A DNA stretch of 45,293 nucleotides from a virus (Duplodnaviria; Caudoviricetes), in the IMG/VR virus record IMGVR_UViG_3300032303_001474, positions 1-45,293 of that record; one strand, written 5' to 3'. Of the stretch, positions 23,429-33,791 are shown piece by piece. Below the pieces are notes generated by a model. That model searched no databases. It saw only the letters and a program-made list of their open reading frames with translations, and was not told where the DNA came from. Each line of letters begins with the position of its first letter. The first letter of the stretch is position 1. The translations under genes and the position numbers were made by a program.

Positions 23429-25588
23429 GTGAGTATATTTAGTCACAGCCGACATAGAGTATTCAGCCAAGCGCAACATCCGTTTACGCATAATATCGAG
23501 GATATTGTTTATTCTCATCCGGCGGTAACTGGCAGTGTGACCACACTGGCACATGCTATGAACCACCTGTTTGCTGTACTTTACCCAACTGCAAAAACAG
23601 CTGTAGCTACAAAAGCAGACTTGCCACTGACTGGTAATTCTATCGGTGACATGAGAGTGGTGGTCAATGATGGAGATAATAAGAGTGCATCGTATCGCTG
23701 GGAATTGAGAGAAGGCGATGTAGCTCCAGGTAAATGGTATAAAATATATGACCTAGACTTTAGCTCGGATAGCATTCTGGCTTCCTGGCAAGATGTCACA
23801 CAAGACCAGTACGTTCAAAAGCGTGGTCGTGATGACAGCGATGTAAATGGAAATCCTATTACTGGACTTCTTAGTGGACAGGCCATCTATGGTGGTAAGT
23901 CAGCAAATACAAATTTAAATCTTTTTGCGAATAGCGGAGATGGTAATGGACCGTCTACCGGATATATACAGGTGGGAGACAATGTTCGGCCTTTGTTGGA
24001 TAATACAATGTCTCTCGGACAAGGCGGTACACGCTTTAAGGAAGTACATTCTGTTAAGGCTGTTATTGATAAGCTTACTATTTCTGATGATACGATCAGT
24101 AGCAGTAGTAGCATTATTGACGCTGTTGATTGTGACATTATTACAGATGGACGGTTAGAAGCTAGTCACATCATTGCTGAAGATGTTGCCAGTCAATTAG
24201 CTTCTGGAACACTCATAGGAGACTTGTCTCTCGGTGATGGTTACGTCATATCGGCTGGTGGGACAATTAGTTTTGGCGGGAATAATTTAGTTACTACTGG
24301 TGACGCAAATATCGGTCTGTTGAATATCACAGCAAACCAAATTGATTCTGATAACAATGTAATTGATTTCAATGCTAATGACTTGGTTGACATAAACTCA
24401 GTCGATGCAGCACTTGGCATTTTTGATGCTGTAGAAGTTGGTTTAGGAAGCAACAGTTTAGAAATTGGAACAGACGGAAATTTAACAAAAGCAACGTCTT
24501 TATCTATCTCATGTCCTGGTCTAACCATATCAGGCTTCACAGAATTCTTTAGTGGTATTGATGTAGTTCAAGACATTGTATCCGGTGGGTTTATAAAGTC
24601 GTCAACAAGCATAATCGCGACAGACGTTACTGAAGCAAAATATGTAACGATGGAAGGCGGTGAGTTTGGAAACAAAATTACATCTATTGGAAATCGGCTA
24701 GATATTAATGCTTCAATTGGTTTAGTTGTTAATACGCCTTACGTTAAACCATCGTTGACCACAACAGATGTGGGAACAACAGCAAATCCTTTTAGAGATC
24801 TTTACTTCTCTGGTTCCTTAAAGCTTGCAGATGGTACAGCCGTAAGTCAGTCAGCTCTTAAAAGCGTTAGAAACATTATTAATAAAAAGACAGGTCTCGC
24901 AGCTGCCGATGGTGACTCTCTATTCTGGAGTACGGCTGATCAATGCTGGTATGCAGATCACCCTGATACCGAAATTAGTCATAGTGAAATATCTAACCTA
25001 CTTAATGACGACCATATTCAATATCTGAGGCTAGCTGGTAGAGGGGCTGGACAGCTTGTATATGGAGGTATTACACCTTTAGGAAATTTGACTTTAGCGT
25101 CTACTATTAATGGGGTTAAAGGCAACGTTCTATTTCGCGATGTTCTTGCTCCCGAGACCGATGGAACAAACATCGGTACATCAAGCAGACAAATTGGAGA
25201 CTCGTATCACAAGGGTCAAGCTATTGGACTCAGGGCTGAAAACACAACAACGGTTACTCTACCAAGTGCATCAGCTGCTAAAGTAGGCCGTATTATTTAC
25301 GATGCTACAGCAAAAACGCTGCTAGTTGATGACGGCGGTATGTGGCGTAGATGTGGGGCTGAAAAGGCCATAGTACAAGATGATACTTATTGGAATGGCA
25401 CTACAAAAACAAAGACATACACAATTGGCTCATCACTACAAGACTCCACAAAAGCAGTATGGGAATTCAGCTTAACCTCTACCGGGGAGAAGCTTTATCC
25501 GACCATTACAAAAACAGCAACACAGGTAACAGTAACTTTCAAGGCTGCTCCTCCAGCAGCTAGTTATACACTTATAGGAGTCTCGTAA
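23429..25588 (+). CDS. Tail fibre/spike-like structural protein
   Basis: 719 aa G/S/T/D-rich beta-type sequence, DDHIQYL motif. Confidence 0.7.
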   Translation: MSIFSHSRHRVFSQAQHPFTHNIEDIVYSHPAVTGSVTTLAHAMNHLFAVLYPTAKTAVATKADLPLTGNSIGDMRVVVNDGDNKSASYRWELREGDVAPGKWYKIYDLDFSSDSILASWQDVTQDQYVQKRGRDDSDVNGNPITGLLSGQAIYGGKSANTNLNLFANSGDGNGPSTGYIQVGDNVRPLLDNTMSLGQGGTRFKEVHSVKAVIDKLTISDDTISSSSSIIDAVDCDIITDGRLEASHIIAEDVASQLASGTLIGDLSLGDGYVISAGGTISFGGNNLVTTGDANIGLLNITANQIDSDNNVIDFNANDLVDINSVDAALGIFDAVEVGLGSNSLEIGTDGNLTKATSLSISCPGLTISGFTEFFSGIDVVQDIVSGGFIKSSTSIIATDVTEAKYVTMEGGEFGNKITSIGNRLDINASIGLVVNTPYVKPSLTTTDVGTTANPFRDLYFSGSLKLADGTAVSQSALKSVRNIINKKTGLAAADGDSLFWSTADQCWYADHPDTEISHSEISNLLNDDHIQYLRLAGRGAGQLVYGGITPLGNLTLASTINGVKGNVLFRDVLAPETDGTNIGTSSRQIGDSYHKGQAIGLRAENTTTVTLPSASAAKVGRIIYDATAKTLLVDDGGMWRRCGAEKAIVQDDTYWNGTTKTKTYTIGSSLQDSTKAVWEFSLTSTGEKLYPTITKTATQVTVTFKAAPPAASYTLIGVS

Positions 25589-27459
25589 TGTTAATCTACG
25601 GTGATTTGATTGCAGCAGGTCTTGAGGAGTTGGAATCAGATCCGACCACAAGTCTATTTTCAGGTCGTGTCTATAGAAACACTACGACTGGCGAAATAAA
25701 GATGTACACCGGAACTTTATGGAAGACAGTTCTGGATAAAGACACCACACAGACTCTTAGTGGTAAAACCATTGATTCGTCATGTACAGTTAGCAGCTCA
25801 GCGTCACTTCCTGTAGTGCCTCCATCAAAAGGAGGTACTGGTGTTGCAAATGCTGATGCAGCTACACTGACTAGATCAGGAAGCCATGCTCTCACTTTAG
25901 GAACAACAGGCACTACAAGCGTGACACTGCCAACAACTGGCACTCTTGCAACACTGTCAGGAGCAGAGTCCCTTGTTAACAAGGTTGTGGCTAGCACGTC
26001 ATTAACTACAGGTGGTTTAAAGCTACCGACTGGAAACAGCACAACAGAGCGACCTGCTGGAACAGTGGCAGACCTCAAGGGAATGATTCGTTATAACGAC
26101 ACAGACGATGTGTTTGAGGGATACAACGAGCTTGGTGGTTGGTCTTCAATCGGAGGTGGTGGCACAACTGACAGGATCACTCAGGCAAGTCATGGGTTTG
26201 TCGTTGGCGATGTTCTATATCTGAATGGAGCAGTCTACACAAAAGCCATAGCTTCTGCTGCCAATACTGCTGAAGTTGTTGGTGTTGTAAGCAAAATCAT
26301 TGATACGAGCCAGTTTGAATTGACATTATCTGGAGAAGTATCTGGCTTGTTAGCATCAAGTTTCACCGAAGGTTCTTTGCCATCCGTTGGTGAAGCTGTG
26401 TTCTTGTCTGGATCGGTAGCAGGTAAATTAACTATAACAGAGCCAACTGTAGTCGGTCATGTCTCTTTGCCAGTTGGTGTGGTTTCTGAGGCTATAGCGT
26501 CACCGGCTGGTAGGAAGCTATATGTAGCAATCAAACGTGGGGCTGTGGTTGGTGGGGCAAATGCTCGGACACAGATTCCATTGGCGAATGCTGCAACATC
26601 TACAGTTCAAAATGTTTCAGCTTATGAGGCTGGAGAGCTGACTGGATGGGTATCCATTCAAGCTACAAGCCCATTGAAATTTTATGTTTCAGTTAAGTTT
26701 AGTAAAAATGGAGCAGGGACAGACTATAACCTAAGCTACCAAGTGTCTGGTGATACACCACCTGTTGGTTTTTCCATATCAGTAACGTCTGTGGGTGTCA
26801 TTCAAGCAACACTTCCAAGCGTGGCCGGTTTTGGTTCTGCGAGCATTAACTACTCTTTAAATGCTCCTGCCGTTGGTGTGACTCTTCCGTTAAGCATATC
26901 TTCTACGCAAGTTGTTGGTGACACTAATCCCGTTGGAACATTGCTTGATTATGCAGGGACTACAGCTCCTTCTGGATATTTAATGTGCGACGGTAGATCT
27001 CTGTCAACCGCTGGAACTTATGCAGCATTATTTGCTGTGCTTGGTTATGCGTATGGTGGAAGTGGATCTAGCTTCAATGTCCCAGACTTTCGAGGAAAAT
27101 TTACAAGATATCTCGACAACATGGGTGGCACAGCAGCAAACATAGATACTGGGCGTGTCATGGGTACTGCGCAGACGGATGCAATGCAAGGTCATCATCA
27201 TTCAGGTTCAACAGGTGGTAGCAACGCAGGAAGGATGAGGTTTAGAACCCCGGCTGGTTTTTCTGCTTCTACAGATGACAGTAACTATATGATTTTATCA
27301 ACATCTTCTCCTTCTGGTTTTGCTGCTCCAGTGCAAGAAGCGCATACCCATACAGTGGCAACAAATGCTTACACCGTAGATGGAGCAAACGGAACTCCAA
27401 GAACCGCAGTAGAGACCAGACCAGTAAACGTTGTTTGTACAAAAATAATTAAATTTTAA
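25588..27459 (+). CDS. Tail fibre with C-terminal tail-collar domain and HxH tip
   Basis: PVGTLLDYAGTTAPSGYLMCDG..FNVPDFRG..HTH..ETRPVN..IIKF. Confidence 0.85.
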   Translation: MLIYGDLIAAGLEELESDPTTSLFSGRVYRNTTTGEIKMYTGTLWKTVLDKDTTQTLSGKTIDSSCTVSSSASLPVVPPSKGGTGVANADAATLTRSGSHALTLGTTGTTSVTLPTTGTLATLSGAESLVNKVVASTSLTTGGLKLPTGNSTTERPAGTVADLKGMIRYNDTDDVFEGYNELGGWSSIGGGGTTDRITQASHGFVVGDVLYLNGAVYTKAIASAANTAEVVGVVSKIIDTSQFELTLSGEVSGLLASSFTEGSLPSVGEAVFLSGSVAGKLTITEPTVVGHVSLPVGVVSEAIASPAGRKLYVAIKRGAVVGGANARTQIPLANAATSTVQNVSAYEAGELTGWVSIQATSPLKFYVSVKFSKNGAGTDYNLSYQVSGDTPPVGFSISVTSVGVIQATLPSVAGFGSASINYSLNAPAVGVTLPLSISSTQVVGDTNPVGTLLDYAGTTAPSGYLMCDGRSLSTAGTYAALFAVLGYAYGGSGSSFNVPDFRGKFTRYLDNMGGTAANIDTGRVMGTAQTDAMQGHHHSGSTGGSNAGRMRFRTPAGFSASTDDSNYMILSTSSPSGFAAPVQEAHTHTVATNAYTVDGANGTPRTAVETRPVNVVCTKIIKF

Positions 27460-27471
27460 GGAGTTGTCTAA

Positions 27472-28077
27472 ATGTCTGCTTCAGCATTAGGCGCAAGCCA
27501 AGCAATACAATATTTACCGGCTGGGTCAATGGTTGACTTTGCTGGTACATCGGCTCCAGCGGGATGGCTGATGTGTGACGGTAGGTCGTTACCTACAGCA
27601 AGCTATCCAGATCTTTTTGCTGCTCTTAGTTATTCGTATGGTGGATCTGGTGCAAACTTTAGCTTGCCTGATTTTCGCGGAAGATTTGCAAGATACAATG
27701 ACAATATGGGTACAGCTCAAGGTGCTGCTGGTCGTGATTCTGCAAGGGTTCATGGAACAGCGCAAGGACAAGCAACGGCTAAGAATGGACTTCAAAACGC
27801 ATCTAGTGGCGTATCTGTAAGTGGTTCCACAAGTAGTGGTTCTGACAGTAGTTGGAATGTTCAGGTGACTGGTGGAGGTGACAATTCATCTGATTGGGGT
27901 GCTCATGTTCCCAAGAGGGGGTCTAATGTAACTGGCGCTAGTGGCAATGGAACATACCCAGGTAAAGACCACACACACACATTTTCGGCAAGTGGAACAG
28001 CATCAGCTCAAACAATCACAGGCGACGCAGAAACTCGTCCTATCAACCTATCATGCAACCGCATAATCAAATATTGA
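27472..28077 (+). CDS. Stand-alone tail-collar domain fibre tip
   Basis: PAGSMVDFAGTSAPAGWLMCDG..LPDFRG..HTH..ETRPIN..IIKY. Confidence 0.85.
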   Translation: MSASALGASQAIQYLPAGSMVDFAGTSAPAGWLMCDGRSLPTASYPDLFAALSYSYGGSGANFSLPDFRGRFARYNDNMGTAQGAAGRDSARVHGTAQGQATAKNGLQNASSGVSVSGSTSSGSDSSWNVQVTGGGDNSSDWGAHVPKRGSNVTGASGNGTYPGKDHTHTFSASGTASAQTITGDAETRPINLSCNRIIKY

Positions 28078-28085
28078 GGTAACGT

Positions 28086-28679
28086 ATGCCAAATGTAAGT
28101 TTATTGACAAGTGGTATCGGTGACGTGAACCAAGGCGGTTCTTTAGTTCCGACTGGTACAGTGTTTGCTTTTGCCGGTAGCACAGCTCCGAGTGGGTGGT
28201 TGGTTTGTGATGGGACAGAGTATAGTCAGACAACTTATAGCGCATTATTTGCTGTGCTTGGCTCAATATATAATACGCAAACAAACCCGACAACAAACGC
28301 TGCATGGTCTACTCCGACAGGTGGAACGTTTCGTGTTCCTGACTATCGAGGTGTATTTTTAAGAAGCTCTGGTCAGGCGTCTGGGCAGTCGTCAGTTACT
28401 GTTGGCGGTAATCAGCTAGACGCAATGCAAGGGCATAAGCACTCAATTACTGACACTGGGCATACTCACACTTTGACTGGATCGGTTAATAAAGATGACG
28501 TAAATGGTGGATCAACTCAAGGTTATTTTTACGGAACAGGTGGAATAGCTGCCACTATTAATAGTAACACAACCGGGATTACTGTTAATTCACCATCAAC
28601 TGACGCCAGCGGCACTCCAAGAACCGACACAGAAACTAGGCCAATAAATAAAGGCGTTCTATATATCATTAAAGTGTGA
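28086..28679 (+). CDS. Stand-alone tail-collar domain fibre tip
   Basis: PTGTVFAFAGSTAPSGWLVCDG..VPDYRG..HKH..HTH..ETRPIN..IIKV. Confidence 0.85.
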   Translation: MPNVSLLTSGIGDVNQGGSLVPTGTVFAFAGSTAPSGWLVCDGTEYSQTTYSALFAVLGSIYNTQTNPTTNAAWSTPTGGTFRVPDYRGVFLRSSGQASGQSSVTVGGNQLDAMQGHKHSITDTGHTHTLTGSVNKDDVNGGSTQGYFYGTGGIAATINSNTTGITVNSPSTDASGTPRTDTETRPINKGVLYIIKV

Positions 28680-28684
28680 TCGTA

Positions 28685-28882
28685 ATGGCGGAACAAAAAC
28701 AATTTGGCCTGAGAATATGGTTTGATAAAACTTCTGGAAGGTATTTGTATAAAGATGAGCTTGGTGAAATACATGAGTTTATTGGAAACACATATATTAC
28801 TCCTGATGTTGAGAGCGTAGACGGTGGATTTGCAACGACTGTGTTTGTAGGTAATGAGCAGCTAGACGGTGGTGGGGCGTAG
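28685..28882 (+). CDS. Small tail-region protein with DGG motifs
   Basis: VDGGF..LDGGGA; start at ATG 28685 or GTG 28676. Confidence 0.6.
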   Translation: MAEQKQFGLRIWFDKTSGRYLYKDELGEIHEFIGNTYITPDVESVDGGFATTVFVGNEQLDGGGA

Positions 28883-28884
28883 AG

Positions 28885-29397
28885 ATGGCAGTTAAGCTGC
28901 AAATTAGAAGAGATACAGCACAAAACTGGACTGCTGCTAATCCGCTAGTGTCTCAAGGTGAAGTATGTTTTGAGATCGATACTTACAAAGTAAAGATCGG
29001 AACTGGTCTGATTCGGTGGAATGATCTTCCATACTTTGCTGCCACACCTTCAGCTTCTGCATTCATTGTAAACTCAACAGCAGGAAACGAAACTACCAAA
29101 GCTGCTAGCGTTTCTGCGATGAAAAATTACGTCGCCGCTCAGATTTTAGCAAACTCTCCAAAGCAAGTTGTCGAATATATAACGCTTACAAACACGCACA
29201 TAACTAACAGACAAGTTACACTTGCTCATACACCAAGAACATCGACTGAAGTTGCAGTGGATATTATTGGTGGCGGTCCACAAGAATATTCACAAGACTA
29301 CACCGTAACAGGCGCTTCAGTTTCTTGGAGTGGAAAAGCTCTCGATGGTACTCTCTCAGTAGGAGAACGCATTCGCGTTATTTACTCCTATCTCTAA
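28885..29397 (+). CDS. Mtd N-terminal-like domain tail protein
   Basis: QIRRDTAQNWTAANP..GE..EIDT.KVKIG.G..WNDLPY. Confidence 0.75.
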   Translation: MAVKLQIRRDTAQNWTAANPLVSQGEVCFEIDTYKVKIGTGLIRWNDLPYFAATPSASAFIVNSTAGNETTKAASVSAMKNYVAAQILANSPKQVVEYITLTNTHITNRQVTLAHTPRTSTEVAVDIIGGGPQEYSQDYTVTGASVSWSGKALDGTLSVGERIRVIYSYL

Positions 29398-29420
29398 AAA
29401 CAAACTGAGGGAGAGAGTCA

Positions 29421-32400
29421 ATGGCATTATTAAAGGGTAAGTACGTCCAAGGGTCGTCTTTGGACGGAAGTAAGATCAAGCTAAAAAATGGCGAAGCACT
29501 AAAAGGCACAAATACAGACGGATCTGATAAAGAGATCCTTAAGGTAAATGGCCAAAACAAAACAGAATTTCCAGAAGTACCAATGGTACTGCAAGATCCT
29601 GTTGCTGATGGCGACCTTGCAAGAAAAGCCTATGTTGATGCACAACGTCAGGCAGCTATTGCTCACGCAGAGTCTCTGCATCTTGGTCAAGCAACTGCTA
29701 TTGCAAATGAAGTAGCTGCAAGACAAGCTGGTGATTCTGCTCTTTCTGAACGTGTAACGACATTAGAAACAAGCACAGCGGACAAAGACTATATCGATCA
29801 AAAAGTTCTTGCAGAGAAAGAACTTCGTGAAGCTGGTGATTCAGCTATTGACGCAAGGCTTGATGTTCTTGAAGCAGACCCAGTTACTAAAGTCTATGTA
29901 GATGCAGGCGATCAAGCTACAAGAGCCTATGCAGACCAAAAGGTTGCTGACCTTGTAAACTCTGCTCCAGCTACACTCGACACTTTAAAAGAAATTGCTG
30001 ATGCTATTGCAGCTGATGGGACTCTTACACAAGGTCTAGTCACTCAAATTAGCGGAGTAAATGCAAAAGTTGATGCAGAAGCTGTTGCAAGACAAGCTGC
30101 TGACCAAGTGCTTGACGGTAAAATTACACAAGAAAAATCTGATCGTCAGGCTGCTGACGCTGCGCTTCAGGCTGCTGACGCTGCGCTTCAGACTGCGTTG
30201 AATGGAAAGGCTCCGTCTGTCCACAACCATACAGCCGCAAGCATTACAGATTTTTCATCAGCTGCTAAATCTGCTGCTGTTTTAAATTCGACCGCTGGGT
30301 CTCAAACAGACCAAGCTCCATCAGTAAGTTCTATGAAGTCTTTTGTTTCGACTCAAGTTTCAAGCAAGGTTAATAAGTCTGGCGACACAATGACTGGGAA
30401 GTTGGCTATTTCCGCTGGTGCTCTTACAGCTTTGGAAACGACAGGAAAAATATCTATAAAAGATGTTACCGCTGGTGAAATCTTTAAATTTGATCCGTCG
30501 CTAGGATCGTTTTCGTCCTCATATGCTGCGAAGCCGTACATAGCCTCTATAATGAAGCCAGATTATATTAGTGTTTATCAGTTGACACCAAATATGATTG
30601 ATACGGTCGGCGATACCACAATTCTACCCGGTGCGATTGAATTGCTTGGGCCAGGTGATGTTCCTGCGGTTCCGACATTAGATGAACATGTTGTCAATAA
30701 AAAATACGTTGACGGAAAAGTTAGTTCTGAAAAGTCTGCTCGTGAAGCTGCCGATGCCGGTTTAGGCGCAAGGCTTCAACCTCTTGAAACTGATCCGGTA
30801 ACTAAGACATACGTAAATGGCAAGATGGCAGATGAAGTTTCTGCTCGTCAAGCGGCTGATGGAGCCTTGTCTGGTCGTTTGAGCGTTTTAGAAACTGACC
30901 GGACTACCAAGTCTTATGTTGATTCTGAAGTTGCCGGTTCAAAAACTTACACCGATGGAAAGATTGGTGACCTGATCAACGGCGCTCCGGCGATGCTCGA
31001 CACTCTTAAAGAGATTGCCGATGCGATCGGTGCGGGCTCTGATGTTGCGACAGGACTAGCCAATCGAATCTCCCAAGAAATATCTGATCGTCAAGCCGCA
31101 GACCTCGTTCTTGATGGAAAGATTTCTAGCGAAAGATCTCGCGCACTGGTTGAAGAGTCTCGCATTGAAGGCAAAGTTGATGCAGAAACATCGGCTCGTC
31201 AACAAGCATTAAGTGCTGAAGCAACGGCTCGCGATGCAGCTATAATTGCTGAAGCAACAGCTCGTGATGCAGCTATTTCAGTCGCAGTCATGGCAGAGCA
31301 ATTTGCAAGAGAGCTTTTTGATGCATCGTTTGATCAAAGGCTGAATCAGGAGGTTTTGGATCGCCAGGCCGCAATGGTAGCAGAGCAAGTTGCAAGGGAT
31401 GCAGCTGTTGCTGGAGTTGCATCAGCAATTGGCGAAGAGCTAGCTTTTGTAGCATCAAATCTTGCACAAGAACAATCGGCAAGGCAAGCAGCAGACGTTG
31501 CACTTGACGCTCGACTCGACTCTATCGAAGCGGCACCGCATATCGAAGGGCGCAAGGAAGTGAAAACATTAGGCGCAGGAGACCTGGCTTACGTGGACAT
31601 GGCTGGACTCGCACTAGATAACACAATGATGGTTATTGTTGGTGGTCTTGTTCATCATGAAGGAGACTCGTACAGCCTTAGTGCACAAGGCGGCTTTACT
31701 AGAATTACATGGGCTGGAGACCTTGCAGCTGGCGGTTTGAATCCATTGGCTGCTGGCGATAAAGTCTACTGCCAATACTTAGCTAATGCACTTACGGGTG
31801 GTGGCGGAGGCGGTGGAGGCGGTGGTGGTGGCGGTGGTGAGCCCGCGCCTGTGATCAACTCACTCAACCTAGTCGAATTTTCACCTACTAAATATTCTTT
31901 TGATATGTCTTATGAAGAAAATGGAGCTACTGTCACTCTCAAAATAGACAAGTTGGTTAATGGAAGTTGGCAAGAAAATTGGGGAACCGTTGGCCCTCTT
32001 ACTGGTCCTCTTGCTTCTCCTCTTTCTAGTTCTATGATAGGTCCATTTTTTGACAGGCCCGCAACTGGACAACCGGCAGATCAGTATAGATTTTCAATAA
32101 GCAATCAAAACGGAACTTCGGAACCTATTACTGGTTATGTTCAGCCTGCTGGCGGTGGAGGCGGTGGAGGCGGTGGTGGATCTCCTGCTCCTTCATTTAC
32201 TTCAGTTTCACCAAACGCTGACACAGGTTTCGTCATAGTTGAATTTTCGCAAGCGACAGGGATTGTTACGGAGAAGCAAACAGATGGAACTTGGGCAAAT
32301 ATTTATAGCCTTTTGGGGCCTGATTTTGCAGTTGATGTAACTGGCATTACAAGCACTGCATTTAATTTAGGACGTGATCCATACTTGCTAGGTGGAAGCG

Positions 32401-32786
32401 ACACGCCATACAGGATGAAAGTTGTGAATGGGTCTCAGCAAAGCGATTGGTATAATTTTAGTATCCATCGCATGCCAGAGATTGTTGTTAGTGGCGCACC
32501 TGAAGTTAATATCACTGATATGAGCGACTCTCGAATTGCGAGTGGCAAAGCAAGAGTCACTTGGTCTTTCAGCGGAACAGCGGTTGCGACCGAAGGAAGA
32601 TCTTGGGATGAGGCTAGTGGTCAATATGCTGAATCAATTTCACGCACAGATTTTTCTCCTTCAGCATCAGGCACCCTGATTCGATATGCAAGCAGAACGG
32701 CAACAGTCCAAAAACTTCTGAGGCGGCTTGTAGGTGAAAATGGCGGTAGAAGTGATTGGTTTGAAACCATAATTCCTGCGCTCTAA
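29421..32786 (+). CDS. Long coiled-coil tail fibre with Gly-linked C-terminal modules
   Basis: Repeated E..AR.AAD, two APAxLDTLKEIADAI units, Gly14 and Gly10 linkers. Confidence 0.8.
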   Translation: MALLKGKYVQGSSLDGSKIKLKNGEALKGTNTDGSDKEILKVNGQNKTEFPEVPMVLQDPVADGDLARKAYVDAQRQAAIAHAESLHLGQATAIANEVAARQAGDSALSERVTTLETSTADKDYIDQKVLAEKELREAGDSAIDARLDVLEADPVTKVYVDAGDQATRAYADQKVADLVNSAPATLDTLKEIADAIAADGTLTQGLVTQISGVNAKVDAEAVARQAADQVLDGKITQEKSDRQAADAALQAADAALQTALNGKAPSVHNHTAASITDFSSAAKSAAVLNSTAGSQTDQAPSVSSMKSFVSTQVSSKVNKSGDTMTGKLAISAGALTALETTGKISIKDVTAGEIFKFDPSLGSFSSSYAAKPYIASIMKPDYISVYQLTPNMIDTVGDTTILPGAIELLGPGDVPAVPTLDEHVVNKKYVDGKVSSEKSAREAADAGLGARLQPLETDPVTKTYVNGKMADEVSARQAADGALSGRLSVLETDRTTKSYVDSEVAGSKTYTDGKIGDLINGAPAMLDTLKEIADAIGAGSDVATGLANRISQEISDRQAADLVLDGKISSERSRALVEESRIEGKVDAETSARQQALSAEATARDAAIIAEATARDAAISVAVMAEQFARELFDASFDQRLNQEVLDRQAAMVAEQVARDAAVAGVASAIGEELAFVASNLAQEQSARQAADVALDARLDSIEAAPHIEGRKEVKTLGAGDLAYVDMAGLALDNTMMVIVGGLVHHEGDSYSLSAQGGFTRITWAGDLAAGGLNPLAAGDKVYCQYLANALTGGGGGGGGGGGGGGEPAPVINSLNLVEFSPTKYSFDMSYEENGATVTLKIDKLVNGSWQENWGTVGPLTGPLASPLSSSMIGPFFDRPATGQPADQYRFSISNQNGTSEPITGYVQPAGGGGGGGGGGSPAPSFTSVSPNADTGFVIVEFSQATGIVTEKQTDGTWANIYSLLGPDFAVDVTGITSTAFNLGRDPYLLGGSDTPYRMKVVNGSQQSDWYNFSIHRMPEIVVSGAPEVNITDMSDSRIASGKARVTWSFSGTAVATEGRSWDEASGQYAESISRTDFSPSASGTLIRYASRTATVQKLLRRLVGENGGRSDWFETIIPAL
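30146..30191 (+). repeat. In-frame 21-bp tandem duplication
   Basis: TCAGGCTGCTGACGCTGCGCT twice plus TCAG; adds one heptad. Confidence 0.9.
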
Positions 32787-32808
32787 TTAATTTTTAGTAA
32801 ATGTATAA

Positions 32809-32834
32809 GGCATGGGGTGTAAAAGCCCCATGCC
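32809..32834 (+). terminator. Hairpin after long fibre gene
   Basis: GGCATGGGG-TGTAAAAG-CCCCATGCC; poor U tract. Confidence 0.6.
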
Positions 32835-32855
32835 ATCTTCATGTAAGAGATTCCT

Positions 32856-33791
32856 ATGTTTAAATTATTTCTAATCATTTTTATTGTTTCTTGTCATAAG
32901 CCTACACACAAAGAAATCCCTACAATTCCAATCGAGAAAACTAAGCAAGAAAAGCTTCGTGACAAGGCTGATCTTTATAAATCACTTCAAGCTCAAGCTT
33001 TAGATATAGACGGCTGGCCTACAACATATAGTCCGTGTGATGCTGTTGGTTTTCTTGCTTTATGTAAAACAGCTCATGGATGCAGCAAGGCTAACTATTT
33101 TGACGCCGAGGAATCACCTGGAAAGTGGCAACGAAATCAGCACAAAAACTGTGTTGAGACAGGTCAATCAAAGACATCGATCAGCAAAGATATGCTCATG
33201 ATGGGGTTTCTTTATGCCGTTTACGGAATGGATAAAGAAACAGCGACTCGATACCTGTACAGGCTAGAGGAGTATGGCAAAGCTAACGATTGGGTGATGG
33301 GCTATCCAAGCGAAACAATTGACCAATTATCCAGGGTCTACATGACTCCAACGATGACGCTGACTCTTTATAACATTATTGAGTGGCTGACAGGCAAGCC
33401 CCAAGCTTTAAAATTGGAGGGTCAGCAAAGAGTGCCTCGAGGATACCACGCTCACTTGCGAGTAATTGATATCATGATTCAAGCAAAACTTAATGGTGGT
33501 ATCGACGCAGTGCAGATGAGTGACCTAAACGAGCTACATGACCGAGACCCTAGAAATGCCCTATATCAAGCGGTTTTTCACAGATGGAGGGATGGGGAGA
33601 TGGGTGAGGTAGCTGATATACTTTTGGATGAAAAGCTCTTTCCTTCCGACCGATTACCAAATTCAAGTGATCGCTGCGAGGCTTATCTTTGGCAGAGAGA
33701 TCAAGGTCGAGACTGGGAGGCTTGTGATGAAGGCCACGTTCACGATGGCATTGATTATTTATTTGCTTACTGGGCAGCGGGGTTTAAATGA
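32856..33791 (+). CDS. Putative lipoprotein, mostly helical
   Basis: MFKLFLIIFIVS-C lipobox-like signal. Confidence 0.6.
   Translation: MFKLFLIIFIVSCHKPTHKEIPTIPIEKTKQEKLRDKADLYKSLQAQALDIDGWPTTYSPCDAVGFLALCKTAHGCSKANYFDAEESPGKWQRNQHKNCVETGQSKTSISKDMLMMGFLYAVYGMDKETATRYLYRLEEYGKANDWVMGYPSETIDQLSRVYMTPTMTLTLYNIIEWLTGKPQALKLEGQQRVPRGYHAHLRVIDIMIQAKLNGGIDAVQMSDLNELHDRDPRNALYQAVFHRWRDGEMGEVADILLDEKLFPSDRLPNSSDRCEAYLWQRDQGRDWEACDEGHVHDGIDYLFAYWAAGFK

Noticed and set aside
28885-29397. Diversity-generating retroelement suggested by the Mtd-like domain
   Set aside because: No reverse transcriptase and no TR/VR pair differing at adenines was seen
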